Sequence record: OR608733.1
DNA length: 64,000 nt
Direction: 5' to 3' (one strand)
Shown: piece by piece, positions 50,560 through 58,920 of the stretch
How the letters are laid out: every line of letters begins with the position of its first letter
Position numbering within the stretch: the first letter of the stretch is position 1
Translations under genes and position numbers: made by a program
The notes under the pieces: generated by a model
Seen by the model: only the letters and a program-made list of their open reading frames with translations
What the model was told of the DNA's origin: nothing
Database searches by the model: none

Positions 50560-52074
50560 ATGTTTGAGTTATTGTTGTCTTCTGGACTAACAAATACGCC
50601 TATATATTCCGATCCTTATCCAGGTCCTAAAACACTGATAGCTGGGACAAGGGAATTAGGTTTGTATGGTGAAACAACATCTTCAGAATTATTTGGTTAT
50701 GATGATGCAGCTAAATTAGTTAATATGACATTTGGAACAGTAATCAATGATGGACAACCATGGTTAAAGTTCTCTAATAAAAATGTTACTTGTTACATAC
50801 CAAAGAAACCAGCTCGTAAATCAATACAAAAATCACGGCTTAATAATGCCGGACTCCGTAATGGTGACTATGAAGTTAGATTTATGGGGAACATTTATAA
50901 ATTTGGTTTATTAACAATGGCTGGTGCCACATCAGAATGGCAAAGGTTACTTTATAATGTTCACGTATCTAATTTAAATGGTGCTAACTGGCCTTATAAA
51001 TTTACAGATAATGACTTAGGTATTAACCAAGCGGTCGCTGGTGGTATTAGCACTGATGGTACTACTAACTGGGGAAGAGACCCAGGTAGTGATCCAGTTA
51101 ATGACCAGCTCTATCGTGGCTACTATGCGATTGATATAACTAGCTCGTCAAGTAGTGAAACGGGTGCTGCAACCCAAGGTTGGCGTCCAGTGGTTTATGC
51201 TAGTGGTACATATCCATTCGTTAAAGATAATGTTATTAAACTTACTGATTTTGAAACTGATAACGAAATGGCAGCAGGTGCCCAAATAGGTAACTTAGTC
51301 TATTATTACGGTGGTAAGAATAATGCTAATACTGCTCTACGTACATTGAATTTAGCCACGGGTAAGTTAACAACATTACAACCAACTGGTACACCTATAG
51401 CAGTTAAACAATGCTCGGCTGTTGCATTTAATGGTAAAGTATATTTCTATGGTGGTGAAAGTGCCACAGATGGTGTACTCACTAAAGGTATGCAGTGTTA
51501 TGATCCTGCAACTAATACATGGGAAATAAAATCACCAGGTACAATAGCTTGCCGGTATGCACGTGGAACTAGTCTTAATGGGTTAATCTACATATTAGGT
51601 GCAGCTGATACAACTGCAACAAATAATCGTGGATTTACATTAATGTACAATCCAACTACAGATACATATACCAGTGGTGCAGCATTTAATGATACTGGGG
51701 TATATACCCAAGATTATTCAGTGAGTGTTTATAATAATAGCGTATGTGTTATTGGTGGTACGGTTGGTGCTGGTGTTAATACTGGAATCATATCGTACAA
51801 TCAAACCAACAATAATTGGTCTAAGCCAATAACTACAGGTATACCTCTTGGTGCAGCTATTAATATACGCCCATCTGGTGAACTTTATGTAATCGCTGGT
51901 GAAAATCAAAATAATGCACCAATTAAGTATTATGAACCACGATTAGCACGATGGATAAATTTAGGTAATTTAGAAACTGATCTAGTAGATGCAGGTTTTG
52001 CTAATACGTTTAATAATGATGGTAAGATTTATGTTCTAAACGGTAATCAGAATTTAAAATACCAAATTAGTTAA
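50560..52074 (+). CDS. Tail-fibre-family protein (MFELLL N-terminus) with C-terminal Kelch propeller, gp83-like
   Basis: 504 aa; repeats VYYYGG, VYFYGG...YDPATNTW, IYILGA...YNPTTDTY, VCVIGG, LYVIAG, IYVLNG. Confidence 0.75.
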   Translation: MFELLLSSGLTNTPIYSDPYPGPKTLIAGTRELGLYGETTSSELFGYDDAAKLVNMTFGTVINDGQPWLKFSNKNVTCYIPKKPARKSIQKSRLNNAGLRNGDYEVRFMGNIYKFGLLTMAGATSEWQRLLYNVHVSNLNGANWPYKFTDNDLGINQAVAGGISTDGTTNWGRDPGSDPVNDQLYRGYYAIDITSSSSSETGAATQGWRPVVYASGTYPFVKDNVIKLTDFETDNEMAAGAQIGNLVYYYGGKNNANTALRTLNLATGKLTTLQPTGTPIAVKQCSAVAFNGKVYFYGGESATDGVLTKGMQCYDPATNTWEIKSPGTIACRYARGTSLNGLIYILGAADTTATNNRGFTLMYNPTTDTYTSGAAFNDTGVYTQDYSVSVYNNSVCVIGGTVGAGVNTGIISYNQTNNNWSKPITTGIPLGAAINIRPSGELYVIAGENQNNAPIKYYEPRLARWINLGNLETDLVDAGFANTFNNDGKIYVLNGNQNLKYQIS

Positions 52075-52081
52075 CGAAATA

Positions 52082-52104
52082 AACCCTCCCGTAATGGGAG
52101 GGTT
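52082..52104. terminator. Bidirectional terminator
   Basis: AACCCTCCC-GTAAT-GGGAGGGTT, followed by TTATG. Confidence 0.85.
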
Positions 52105-52177
52105 TTATGATGTGTCGAAGTTTATATTAGCAGTAATGATCAATTGATAATATTTAATTAGGAATACCTTCCATTTT

Positions 52178-52558
52178 TTAATATCCTTCATTGAGTAGTT
52201 CTGCTAGAGCACGTGCCTGTGAAATATCAGTAGAAGCAAAAACATCAGAAAGATAGTTATCATGCTCTTTTGCATTCTGACGCAATTCATCCATTAGATG
52301 TTTATTAGATATCGCCCAAACTTTCCACAGATTTTTATAATCATCATATTTGGGATTATATCCGTCTAGTGGTGGTTTTCCTTTACCAGCTTTCCAATGG
52401 TTGGAGTATATCCGATATCCTTTACAATCTAACTGCCAAGCTTCCTCAATTGTTCTGCCATCAGGAAGCCTTGCGTAAAGAGCCGAGAATCTTTTGTCAC
52501 CAACAGATGAACATTCATATCCTCCTCGGCGCTTCCACTGATATATTACTTTGGGTTC
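52178..52558 (-). CDS. Hidden 126-codon frame with no ATG/GTG/TTG near its 5' end; candidate -1 frameshift extension of the DNA polymerase subunit; possibly NADAR-like
   Basis: EPKVIYQWKRRGGYECSSVGDKRFSALYARLPDGRTIEEAWQLDCKGY...SQARALAELLNEGY*; bounded 5' by an in-frame TAA at 52561-52559. Confidence 0.7.
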   Translation of the reverse strand, partial: EPKVIYQWKRRGGYECSSVGDKRFSALYARLPDGRTIEEAWQLDCKGYRIYSNHWKAGKGKPPLDGYNPKYDDYKNLWKVWAISNKHLMDELRQNAKEHDNYLSDVFASTDISQARALAELLNEGY

Positions 52559-54462
52559 TTATAGGTATTAATAAACTTCTCTAGCAGGGTGTCCATTTTA
52601 GGAGCACCCATGATCTTCTGTGTGATTTCAATAGCATTAACCCTACCACCTGTTAAGTTTACGCCAACTTCACGGCGATGGTGTTCACTAATTCCTTCCA
52701 TCATTGAGAATTCCATCACACATGTTTCACGTGCAATATTTAGAATCTGACTAACGTTAGGATATGTCGACACGATGTCAAGGTCGGCGATATGACAGAA
52801 GATTAAGGTTTTATAATTCGGTAAATCTTTAACACACTGCAATCCATTTGGACCTGCCATGTATGATGGTAGTGTAACAATCCAATCATTATGGCCAATA
52901 ACATATTGATCAAGTTCATGCACCATCTGATCTGAACTTGAACCAATGACACATGGCTCTGGTCTATTCAAATACCAGAAGTGCATATCGTCACATAGTC
53001 GTTTTGGGTTAGAACTAAAGTTCTTATAGTCAGATGCCTTAGAGAATAGACTTATAGAGCGACCAAGGTCATTTACTTGTTCATCAAGTTGTTCTAGTCG
53101 AATGGAGTCGATGATGTTATAAAGACCATATTTGATTTTATGCTTAGTCTGCATCTCACGGTGCCAATCGATACCACCAAGATGTGCAGTTTCTTTAAAG
53201 GTTAACTTACCAAATTCCATTACATATCTAATAGAATCACCATAGGTAAAGTTATCATTTAATATAAAATCATCCACCGGTACCCATTCATTACTACCTA
53301 CATTTTTAATATATTTAGTAATAACACCACCAGGGCGGTCTACCAATTGTTTATTAAAACCTTCAATAAAATCTTCTAAGTCCTTATCATTTTTAATGGT
53401 CGTAGATTTATCGATGTTTAGTTCTTTTCTAAGAATAGACTCTAACCGATAGTTAGGATCACGTCCTTTAGCTAATCGAGTTACTCGATAAGTTGACATA
53501 GAATCGATGCATTGAAAACTAGCGGGTGCTGTAATCCAATGCCATTGATCCTCTGGTCCTTTAGATTTAGTGACCCCAGATGCAGTGGTGGTCATAGGCT
53601 CATCAATCTTAAAATGGAAATACCTATAATTCTTAGGTACCGATGGATCAGAAAAAATATCAGCTGGATTAACGCCATAGTGTTCTAATGTTTTTAAGAT
53701 TCTGCCAATGTCGAAGCTAATATTCCAGAATGCGAAGAAATCTGGTTTCCAGGTATGTAGTCGTTTAAAACATTCAATAATAATATCTACTGGTGTTTCA
53801 ACAACCATTACTTCAATATCTAGACCACGTTCTTTAATTAGATGTGATAGTACCTCTTCTTTTTGTGCTTGTTCTAATGTCTCTTTCACTGGATCTTCAA
53901 TATCACTAACCCATCGTTTTAAATAGGCTAGGAAAGCTTTGTTCTTATGTGTAACTGACATACAGATAATCTGGCCATCGTTCTCAGCTTCATAAACGTT
54001 GGTTTCGATGTCACCGCCAGCAACAGTGTTTAGAGAGATTAGACCAGGATAACGTTCTTGATAATCATGCTTCAGATAACAGGTTGAACTAACATCACTG
54101 CCATATAGGTAAGGACTACGCGCTAGTTGACGAAGAGATCTAGCCGAATAGTCACCTAGGATTTTACTAATCTTACGTTTCATGTCAATTTGAGTTGACA
54201 TGTATTTAACTAAGTTACGCTCATATTCGTAATCTTTCTTTTCTTTATGGTTACGCATTCCTTTTGCGGTAATCCAAAAAGGACGCTGGTAGTTTTCCCA
54301 CATCCTTAAATTATTTGCAGTTGTACCATCTTCAAAATGAATTCGTTCTTTAACGAAATGTGCATCTGTAAACTTACCAAATTGATCAGTACAATAAGTA
54401 ATATGTTTGGCTTCAATGCCCTTAATCTTTTTCTTATTTGTAACCTGTTGTTCATTAGACAT
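52546..54462 (-). CDS. gp82: Split family-B DNA polymerase subunit (3'-5' exonuclease plus motif A)
   Basis: 638 aa; Exo I GDIET, Exo II WNISFDI, Exo III YNIIDS; motif A DLDIVSTYP; motifs B and C absent. Confidence 0.85.
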   Translation of the reverse strand: MSNEQQVTNKKKIKGIEAKHITYCTDQFGKFTDAHFVKERIHFEDGTTANNLRMWENYQRPFWITAKGMRNHKEKKDYEYERNLVKYMSTQIDMKRKISKILGDYSARSLRQLARSPYLYGSDVSSTCYLKHDYQERYPGLISLNTVAGGDIETNVYEAENDGQIICMSVTHKNKAFLAYLKRWVSDIEDPVKETLEQAQKEEVLSHLIKERGLDIEVMVVETPVDIIIECFKRLHTWKPDFFAFWNISFDIGRILKTLEHYGVNPADIFSDPSVPKNYRYFHFKIDEPMTTTASGVTKSKGPEDQWHWITAPASFQCIDSMSTYRVTRLAKGRDPNYRLESILRKELNIDKSTTIKNDKDLEDFIEGFNKQLVDRPGGVITKYIKNVGSNEWVPVDDFILNDNFTYGDSIRYVMEFGKLTFKETAHLGGIDWHREMQTKHKIKYGLYNIIDSIRLEQLDEQVNDLGRSISLFSKASDYKNFSSNPKRLCDDMHFWYLNRPEPCVIGSSSDQMVHELDQYVIGHNDWIVTLPSYMAGPNGLQCVKDLPNYKTLIFCHIADLDIVSTYPNVSQILNIARETCVMEFSMMEGISEHHRREVGVNLTGGRVNAIEITQKIMGAPKMDTLLEKFINTYKNPK

Positions 54463-54538
54463 TGCTATAACCTCAGCACATATTGATATTTATCTACGTA
54501 CTATATTAGTGCCTAGTAAAAGTAATAATCAGCATAAA

Positions 54539-54556
54539 GCCTCCCCTAGGGGAGGC
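54539..54556 (-). terminator. Intrinsic terminator
   Basis: GCCTCCCC-TA-GGGGAGGC, followed by TTTATG on the minus strand. Confidence 0.8.
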
Positions 54557-54563
54557 AATATGT

Positions 54564-55985
54564 TTACATACCAGCTTTCTGCCGGAAGAAGTGTAGAACG
54601 AGTTGCCGCTTACCTTCAGGGATGAAACGTGCAAGATAGTTAATATCTACCTGATAAAGCGCATCTGATACATCACTAGTAAATAGGCAGAATAGAGTAA
54701 GAAGATTAATGTGTGCTTCTTGACGGTTATTCTGAGTAGGTAGAGTAGCAACAAAGCGAAGTGCGTTAGATTCACTAAATAGAGTATTACGATTTTTCTT
54801 AACGAAATCAAAGATAATATCCATGCCTGATTTAAAGCCTTCAATATCTTCGATTGTCATTACGTAGTTGAATACATCATCTAGTTTCTTTTGTGCATCG
54901 CCACCACGTTCGATAGTGATATAGTCACCAGGTTTAGCACCAGTGGCAAACTGCTCTAGACGAGATTCGATAAATACTTGGTTCATTTTGGTCATACCTT
55001 TACGAAGTACAGGTTCATTAGATGTTGATTCACTATTCAAGATTTTAACTTCCCCGGTTGGTTTAATATCATCTTTACCAGAGAATACTTTCCATTGTTC
55101 AACAATAGTTTCAATATCTTGACTAGTGGTAGGTAAGAATAAGCGATCGCGTAACTCAATAGCAATTTTAAAATCTTTTATCAGATTACTATTTTTAATA
55201 AGTCCTTCAGCCCAGTCTTCAAGCTCTGCTGTCGTCCAATCGGTAGGTGGAGCATTATCACGAATAACACTATTGACCCAACTACCACGTAGTGTTTTTG
55301 GTGGAGTAATACCTTGTTTAACAAAATCAACCACTTCTTGGGTAGACCAATCTAGTGGAATATTACTAGTGTGAATACGCAGTTGCTTGACTAATTCTTC
55401 AAGCTTGATACTGTCTTCAGTATTGCGAATATCTTGTTTCAGAGTATCTTCATTAACTACCGGTACAATTACTTCCTCAGTAGTCTCATTCTCTTTAGCC
55501 CGTTTAGTTAAAATATCATCAGCAATATCTGCGATATCATTAACTACACCAGTTAGACGATGGTTAGCAGCATCGATTAGTTCATCATCTGACCATTCAT
55601 CATAAGGACGATATTTACGGGTTGGGTCAAATACAAAGCTACCGAGTTCAGTTTTACCTTTAGCAATGCCATCATTGGTAAACCATTCAATGACATTTTC
55701 ATCTGTCCATGTTTCAGGAATATCATAGCCAGTACGCAGTGCATCTACGTTAACTTTAGCTAATTCTGAAGTATCGTTAACTGCATTAACTGATGAATTA
55801 ATATCATCTGCTGTAGCATATACTTCCTCAGGAGATACTAATTCAATATTTGTTAATCCTCGACCAATTTCAGAAGTTGGCTTTTCTTCAGTTTCTTCTG
55901 ATAAAACTTCGTCTTTGACAATGGGTTTTTCAGGTAAACGATTGAGTTGAGGAAACTTTCCAAATCGTTGATTCTTTTTAGACAT
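54564..55985 (-). CDS. Conserved hypothetical protein (gp81 position) with internal duplication
   Basis: 473 aa; two copies of an approximately 60-aa unit. Confidence 0.75.
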   Translation of the reverse strand: MSKKNQRFGKFPQLNRLPEKPIVKDEVLSEETEEKPTSEIGRGLTNIELVSPEEVYATADDINSSVNAVNDTSELAKVNVDALRTGYDIPETWTDENVIEWFTNDGIAKGKTELGSFVFDPTRKYRPYDEWSDDELIDAANHRLTGVVNDIADIADDILTKRAKENETTEEVIVPVVNEDTLKQDIRNTEDSIKLEELVKQLRIHTSNIPLDWSTQEVVDFVKQGITPPKTLRGSWVNSVIRDNAPPTDWTTAELEDWAEGLIKNSNLIKDFKIAIELRDRLFLPTTSQDIETIVEQWKVFSGKDDIKPTGEVKILNSESTSNEPVLRKGMTKMNQVFIESRLEQFATGAKPGDYITIERGGDAQKKLDDVFNYVMTIEDIEGFKSGMDIIFDFVKKNRNTLFSESNALRFVATLPTQNNRQEAHINLLTLFCLFTSDVSDALYQVDINYLARFIPEGKRQLVLHFFRQKAGM

Positions 55986-56047
55986 TACTAGTTCCTTTCT
56001 GGTTATAATCTAAATAATGGAGAAGCTGAGTAACTTCTCCATCTATT

Positions 56048-57397
56048 TTAACTGATGCGATCGCGATAAGACCATTTAACAGTCTTAAGAACAGCACTGT
56101 GCATTTTAGACATGAAGATGGATAGGAATCGACCACCAACACCTGCCGCTGCTGCTGGGATGCCATTAGGGTTCTCTGACATTTGTTTACCCATACAGAC
56201 AGCGCATACGTTCTTACCTCTACCTATTACACCATTAGCTGGATCACCACCGGCCTTACATGTCATTGGACCACGTAGTTCAATCTCAGTGCCAACTAGT
56301 TCATCAATGTTAGTTTCTTCAATAAGGATAGATTTCCCATTCTTAACATAAGACAAGCCAATGAAATCTTTCTTATTAAATTGGTGAACAGTAGTTGGAA
56401 TACCTATCCATGTGTTGCAGTCTTCCATAATAATCCTGACTGTACCAACCATTCGATAAATCGTTTTAGTTGACTCACCGCCAAGGGCTGTTTGTGCACC
56501 ACGGTTATATGAGCCATAACGTAATGAGTTATTCATTACTGGCATATGGTCAGTGTCAATGCCTTCTTCCAATGATTTACCGATATATTCAACTGACGTA
56601 CCATCTTGGAATGGCGCTTCCCCACCAAACATACCAAATACTTTCTTACGCACGCCACCAAATAATTTACTATGTTTAGTGTCATAGAACTCATAAGAAG
56701 GATCGTCTTTTAGATAGTCCTCATCTAGCTTGATTAATGCATTACCCATCTCTGCAATAACAGCCGGATCATCTAACCGATCTTTATATTTCTCTTCTAG
56801 TTCTTTGCGTAACTTATCTCTGTCTGGTGCAGAGGTCATTGATTTCTCAGTAATGGATGTTACCAAGGTACTAGCATATGCTGGCAATGCTAAACAATGA
56901 TCTGCAAACATCCGATATTGCCATACATATAACTTACCATCAGTTGCACGCGGTGGATTATCATCATCAATTGGATCATCGATCATGCGGTTAAGAATTT
57001 CTTTCTCAACTTTACCAATATCGAAATAACCAGATTGGAATGGGAACAGATCACCGAAAGGTAAACATAATACTAAATGGTTAACAAAAACGTTACCATA
57101 AGTTGTTCTTAATGCACCTGGTCCTTTATAGTTTTCAATTTCACCAGGTTGTAAAATGAATTCATCTCGAAATGCTAATGGTTGTTTACCTTCAATATAA
57201 TCGTCGATATAAACAACTTCATCATTAGAATCGCCTTCTTTATAGAAGAACATTTTACCATCTTTGAAATATGGCTTGTATAGATATTCACCACCATCAT
57301 TTGGGTTATAAACGATATTAAATAAAACGTTAACCCATGCTCGTTTCTTATCTAATCCAGCATTGATACCCATTAGAAAATAATCACGTAATTTCAT
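56048..57397 (-). CDS. gp80: Virion RNA polymerase beta'-like subunit, C-terminal part
   Basis: GSYNRGAQTALGGE bridge helix, TVRIIMEDC, CKA...CAVCMG zinc site, trigger-loop-like FMSKMH; start re-set to MKLRDY (TAGGTG SD). Confidence 0.85.
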   Translation of the reverse strand: MKLRDYFLMGINAGLDKKRAWVNVLFNIVYNPNDGGEYLYKPYFKDGKMFFYKEGDSNDEVVYIDDYIEGKQPLAFRDEFILQPGEIENYKGPGALRTTYGNVFVNHLVLCLPFGDLFPFQSGYFDIGKVEKEILNRMIDDPIDDDNPPRATDGKLYVWQYRMFADHCLALPAYASTLVTSITEKSMTSAPDRDKLRKELEEKYKDRLDDPAVIAEMGNALIKLDEDYLKDDPSYEFYDTKHSKLFGGVRKKVFGMFGGEAPFQDGTSVEYIGKSLEEGIDTDHMPVMNNSLRYGSYNRGAQTALGGESTKTIYRMVGTVRIIMEDCNTWIGIPTTVHQFNKKDFIGLSYVKNGKSILIEETNIDELVGTEIELRGPMTCKAGGDPANGVIGRGKNVCAVCMGKQMSENPNGIPAAAAGVGGRFLSIFMSKMHSAVLKTVKWSYRDRIS

Positions 57398-58241
57398 TAG
57401 TATCACCTATGCTATTTAAAATCTTTTTAGCTTCATTTTCCATAATAGATCGTTCAATATTGTTAGATGTGAAATCATCTATAATACCCATTACCGTTCT
57501 ACTAATTTCATTCTGTTCAGTATTTGAAATTAATACCAATCCGACAATTTCTTTAGCAACTTCAATAGGCGTCATAGCATCTAATGGGCCAAATGAAATT
57601 TGTAATAGGTCATCAATATTCCTTTTACCAACACGTAATCCTGCATTAACTAGTTCCATAGCTAACTTAAATGATGCGCGCGTATGAATACGAATAAGGC
57701 GATTAATTAAATTAATCCGTTCAACATTACTTACATTGCCATATGCTTGACCACGGGTAGTAAGTACTGACTGAATAAATGATGTAATATTACTAATAAG
57801 TGTTGGTGATACACTTTCAATTAAGTCAATGATATTTAAGAAATCTACACTTGTATCGATAAGTTCTACCAGATGTGCTAACGTCTCTTCGGGTGAATAT
57901 TCGGCTAACAGAATATCATTCACTTCATCTGGAATAATGTAATCTTCTAAACTAAGGAGTGTATTAACAACAGCTTGCCGTTCAGCCTGAGTTGCTTCAT
58001 CACTAATTTTAATAAGATGTTCATTTAGAATTTCATCTTGTGCAATGCGAATGATATCATCAATGCGAGAAAGAAGCATTGCATTATCTGAGATACCTGA
58101 TTGAATCTGACATACTGTATTTAGTTCATCTAGAGCTGCAACATAATTGATCTTTTCAAAAGATGCTACGCAGTCTAGGATAACTTCTTTACGCTCTTCA
58201 TGTATAAGAGGCGTAAGATAACTATCAATGAAATCTTTCAT
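57384..58241 (-). CDS. Virion-associated / hypothetical protein, gp79-like
   Basis: Start re-set to MKDFID (AAGGA SD), 285 aa, helical. Confidence 0.7.
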   Translation of the reverse strand: MKDFIDSYLTPLIHEERKEVILDCVASFEKINYVAALDELNTVCQIQSGISDNAMLLSRIDDIIRIAQDEILNEHLIKISDEATQAERQAVVNTLLSLEDYIIPDEVNDILLAEYSPEETLAHLVELIDTSVDFLNIIDLIESVSPTLISNITSFIQSVLTTRGQAYGNVSNVERINLINRLIRIHTRASFKLAMELVNAGLRVGKRNIDDLLQISFGPLDAMTPIEVAKEIVGLVLISNTEQNEISRTVMGIIDDFTSNNIERSIMENEAKKILNSIGDTNEIT

Positions 58242-58324
58242 GACGATATCCTTTTTATACGGAATTATTAACATAGGGTTGGACAGATAGTTATTCTTTA
58301 ATATAGTGTAAAATTACCAAATGT

Positions 58325-58340
58325 GTTAAATATATGTTGA
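58325..58340 (+). promoter_or_regulatory. Candidate late promoter (TATG 58333-58336)
   Basis: TATG in the AT-rich divergent intergenic region upstream of the gp78/gp77-like genes. Confidence 0.45.
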
Positions 58341-58414
58341 ACTAATCATTTTTTTTTCATTTGTCAATTTATATTGGCAAATATTAAATTAAGCCTCTAT
58401 CGGAGTATAACAAG

Positions 58415-58909
58415 ATGTCAAATAAAGCTAAAGAACCAACTCTAACTAAAGAACAGGAAAAGACTCTACGTCTATTTGAACGTGCAGTTGGAGCATCAGC
58501 TGCCGCAGCTGATCATATTCTTAACCGTGATGGTTGGGATGTTGTCAATGTACTAGCAGGTTCTGTAGGTAAGCGTATTCTACAAACTGAAGTATTCATT
58601 AATCCAGTTATCAATAAGATCAATGAAATCATTCCGACGTTATCTGATCCTACTGGATTCCAAAAGAACCTACAAACAGTTATTGCTGACCTTAATCGAC
58701 TAACTAAAATTATCAGTGTCCTATATGCACAACATCAAGGTAAGGCTGGTCCAGCAAATAATGAAGATGAACTAAAACTCATCAGTGAACTTGTTACTAA
58801 ATACACTGGTATTGAAGGTGCTATTGAACGCGGTATTGATGGTGTAATCCTAGCGATGATCGGCACTCTTCGAGAAGCTGGTTGGGACGAAAAACTAATT
58901 CAACAATAA
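58415..58909 (+). CDS. Hypothetical protein (gp78 position)
   Basis: 164 aa; GGAG SD. Confidence 0.75.
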   Translation: MSNKAKEPTLTKEQEKTLRLFERAVGASAAAADHILNRDGWDVVNVLAGSVGKRILQTEVFINPVINKINEIIPTLSDPTGFQKNLQTVIADLNRLTKIISVLYAQHQGKAGPANNEDELKLISELVTKYTGIEGAIERGIDGVILAMIGTLREAGWDEKLIQQ

Positions 58910-58920
58910 TGGAGTTTTAA

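Noticed and set aside
52542-52549. TATATTAC early-promoter core on the + strand, antisense to the polymerase 3' end
   Set aside because: Lacks the upstream TTAAACAG/AT block seen at the other early promoters; it may simply be the frameshift spacer. Not excluded without TSS data.
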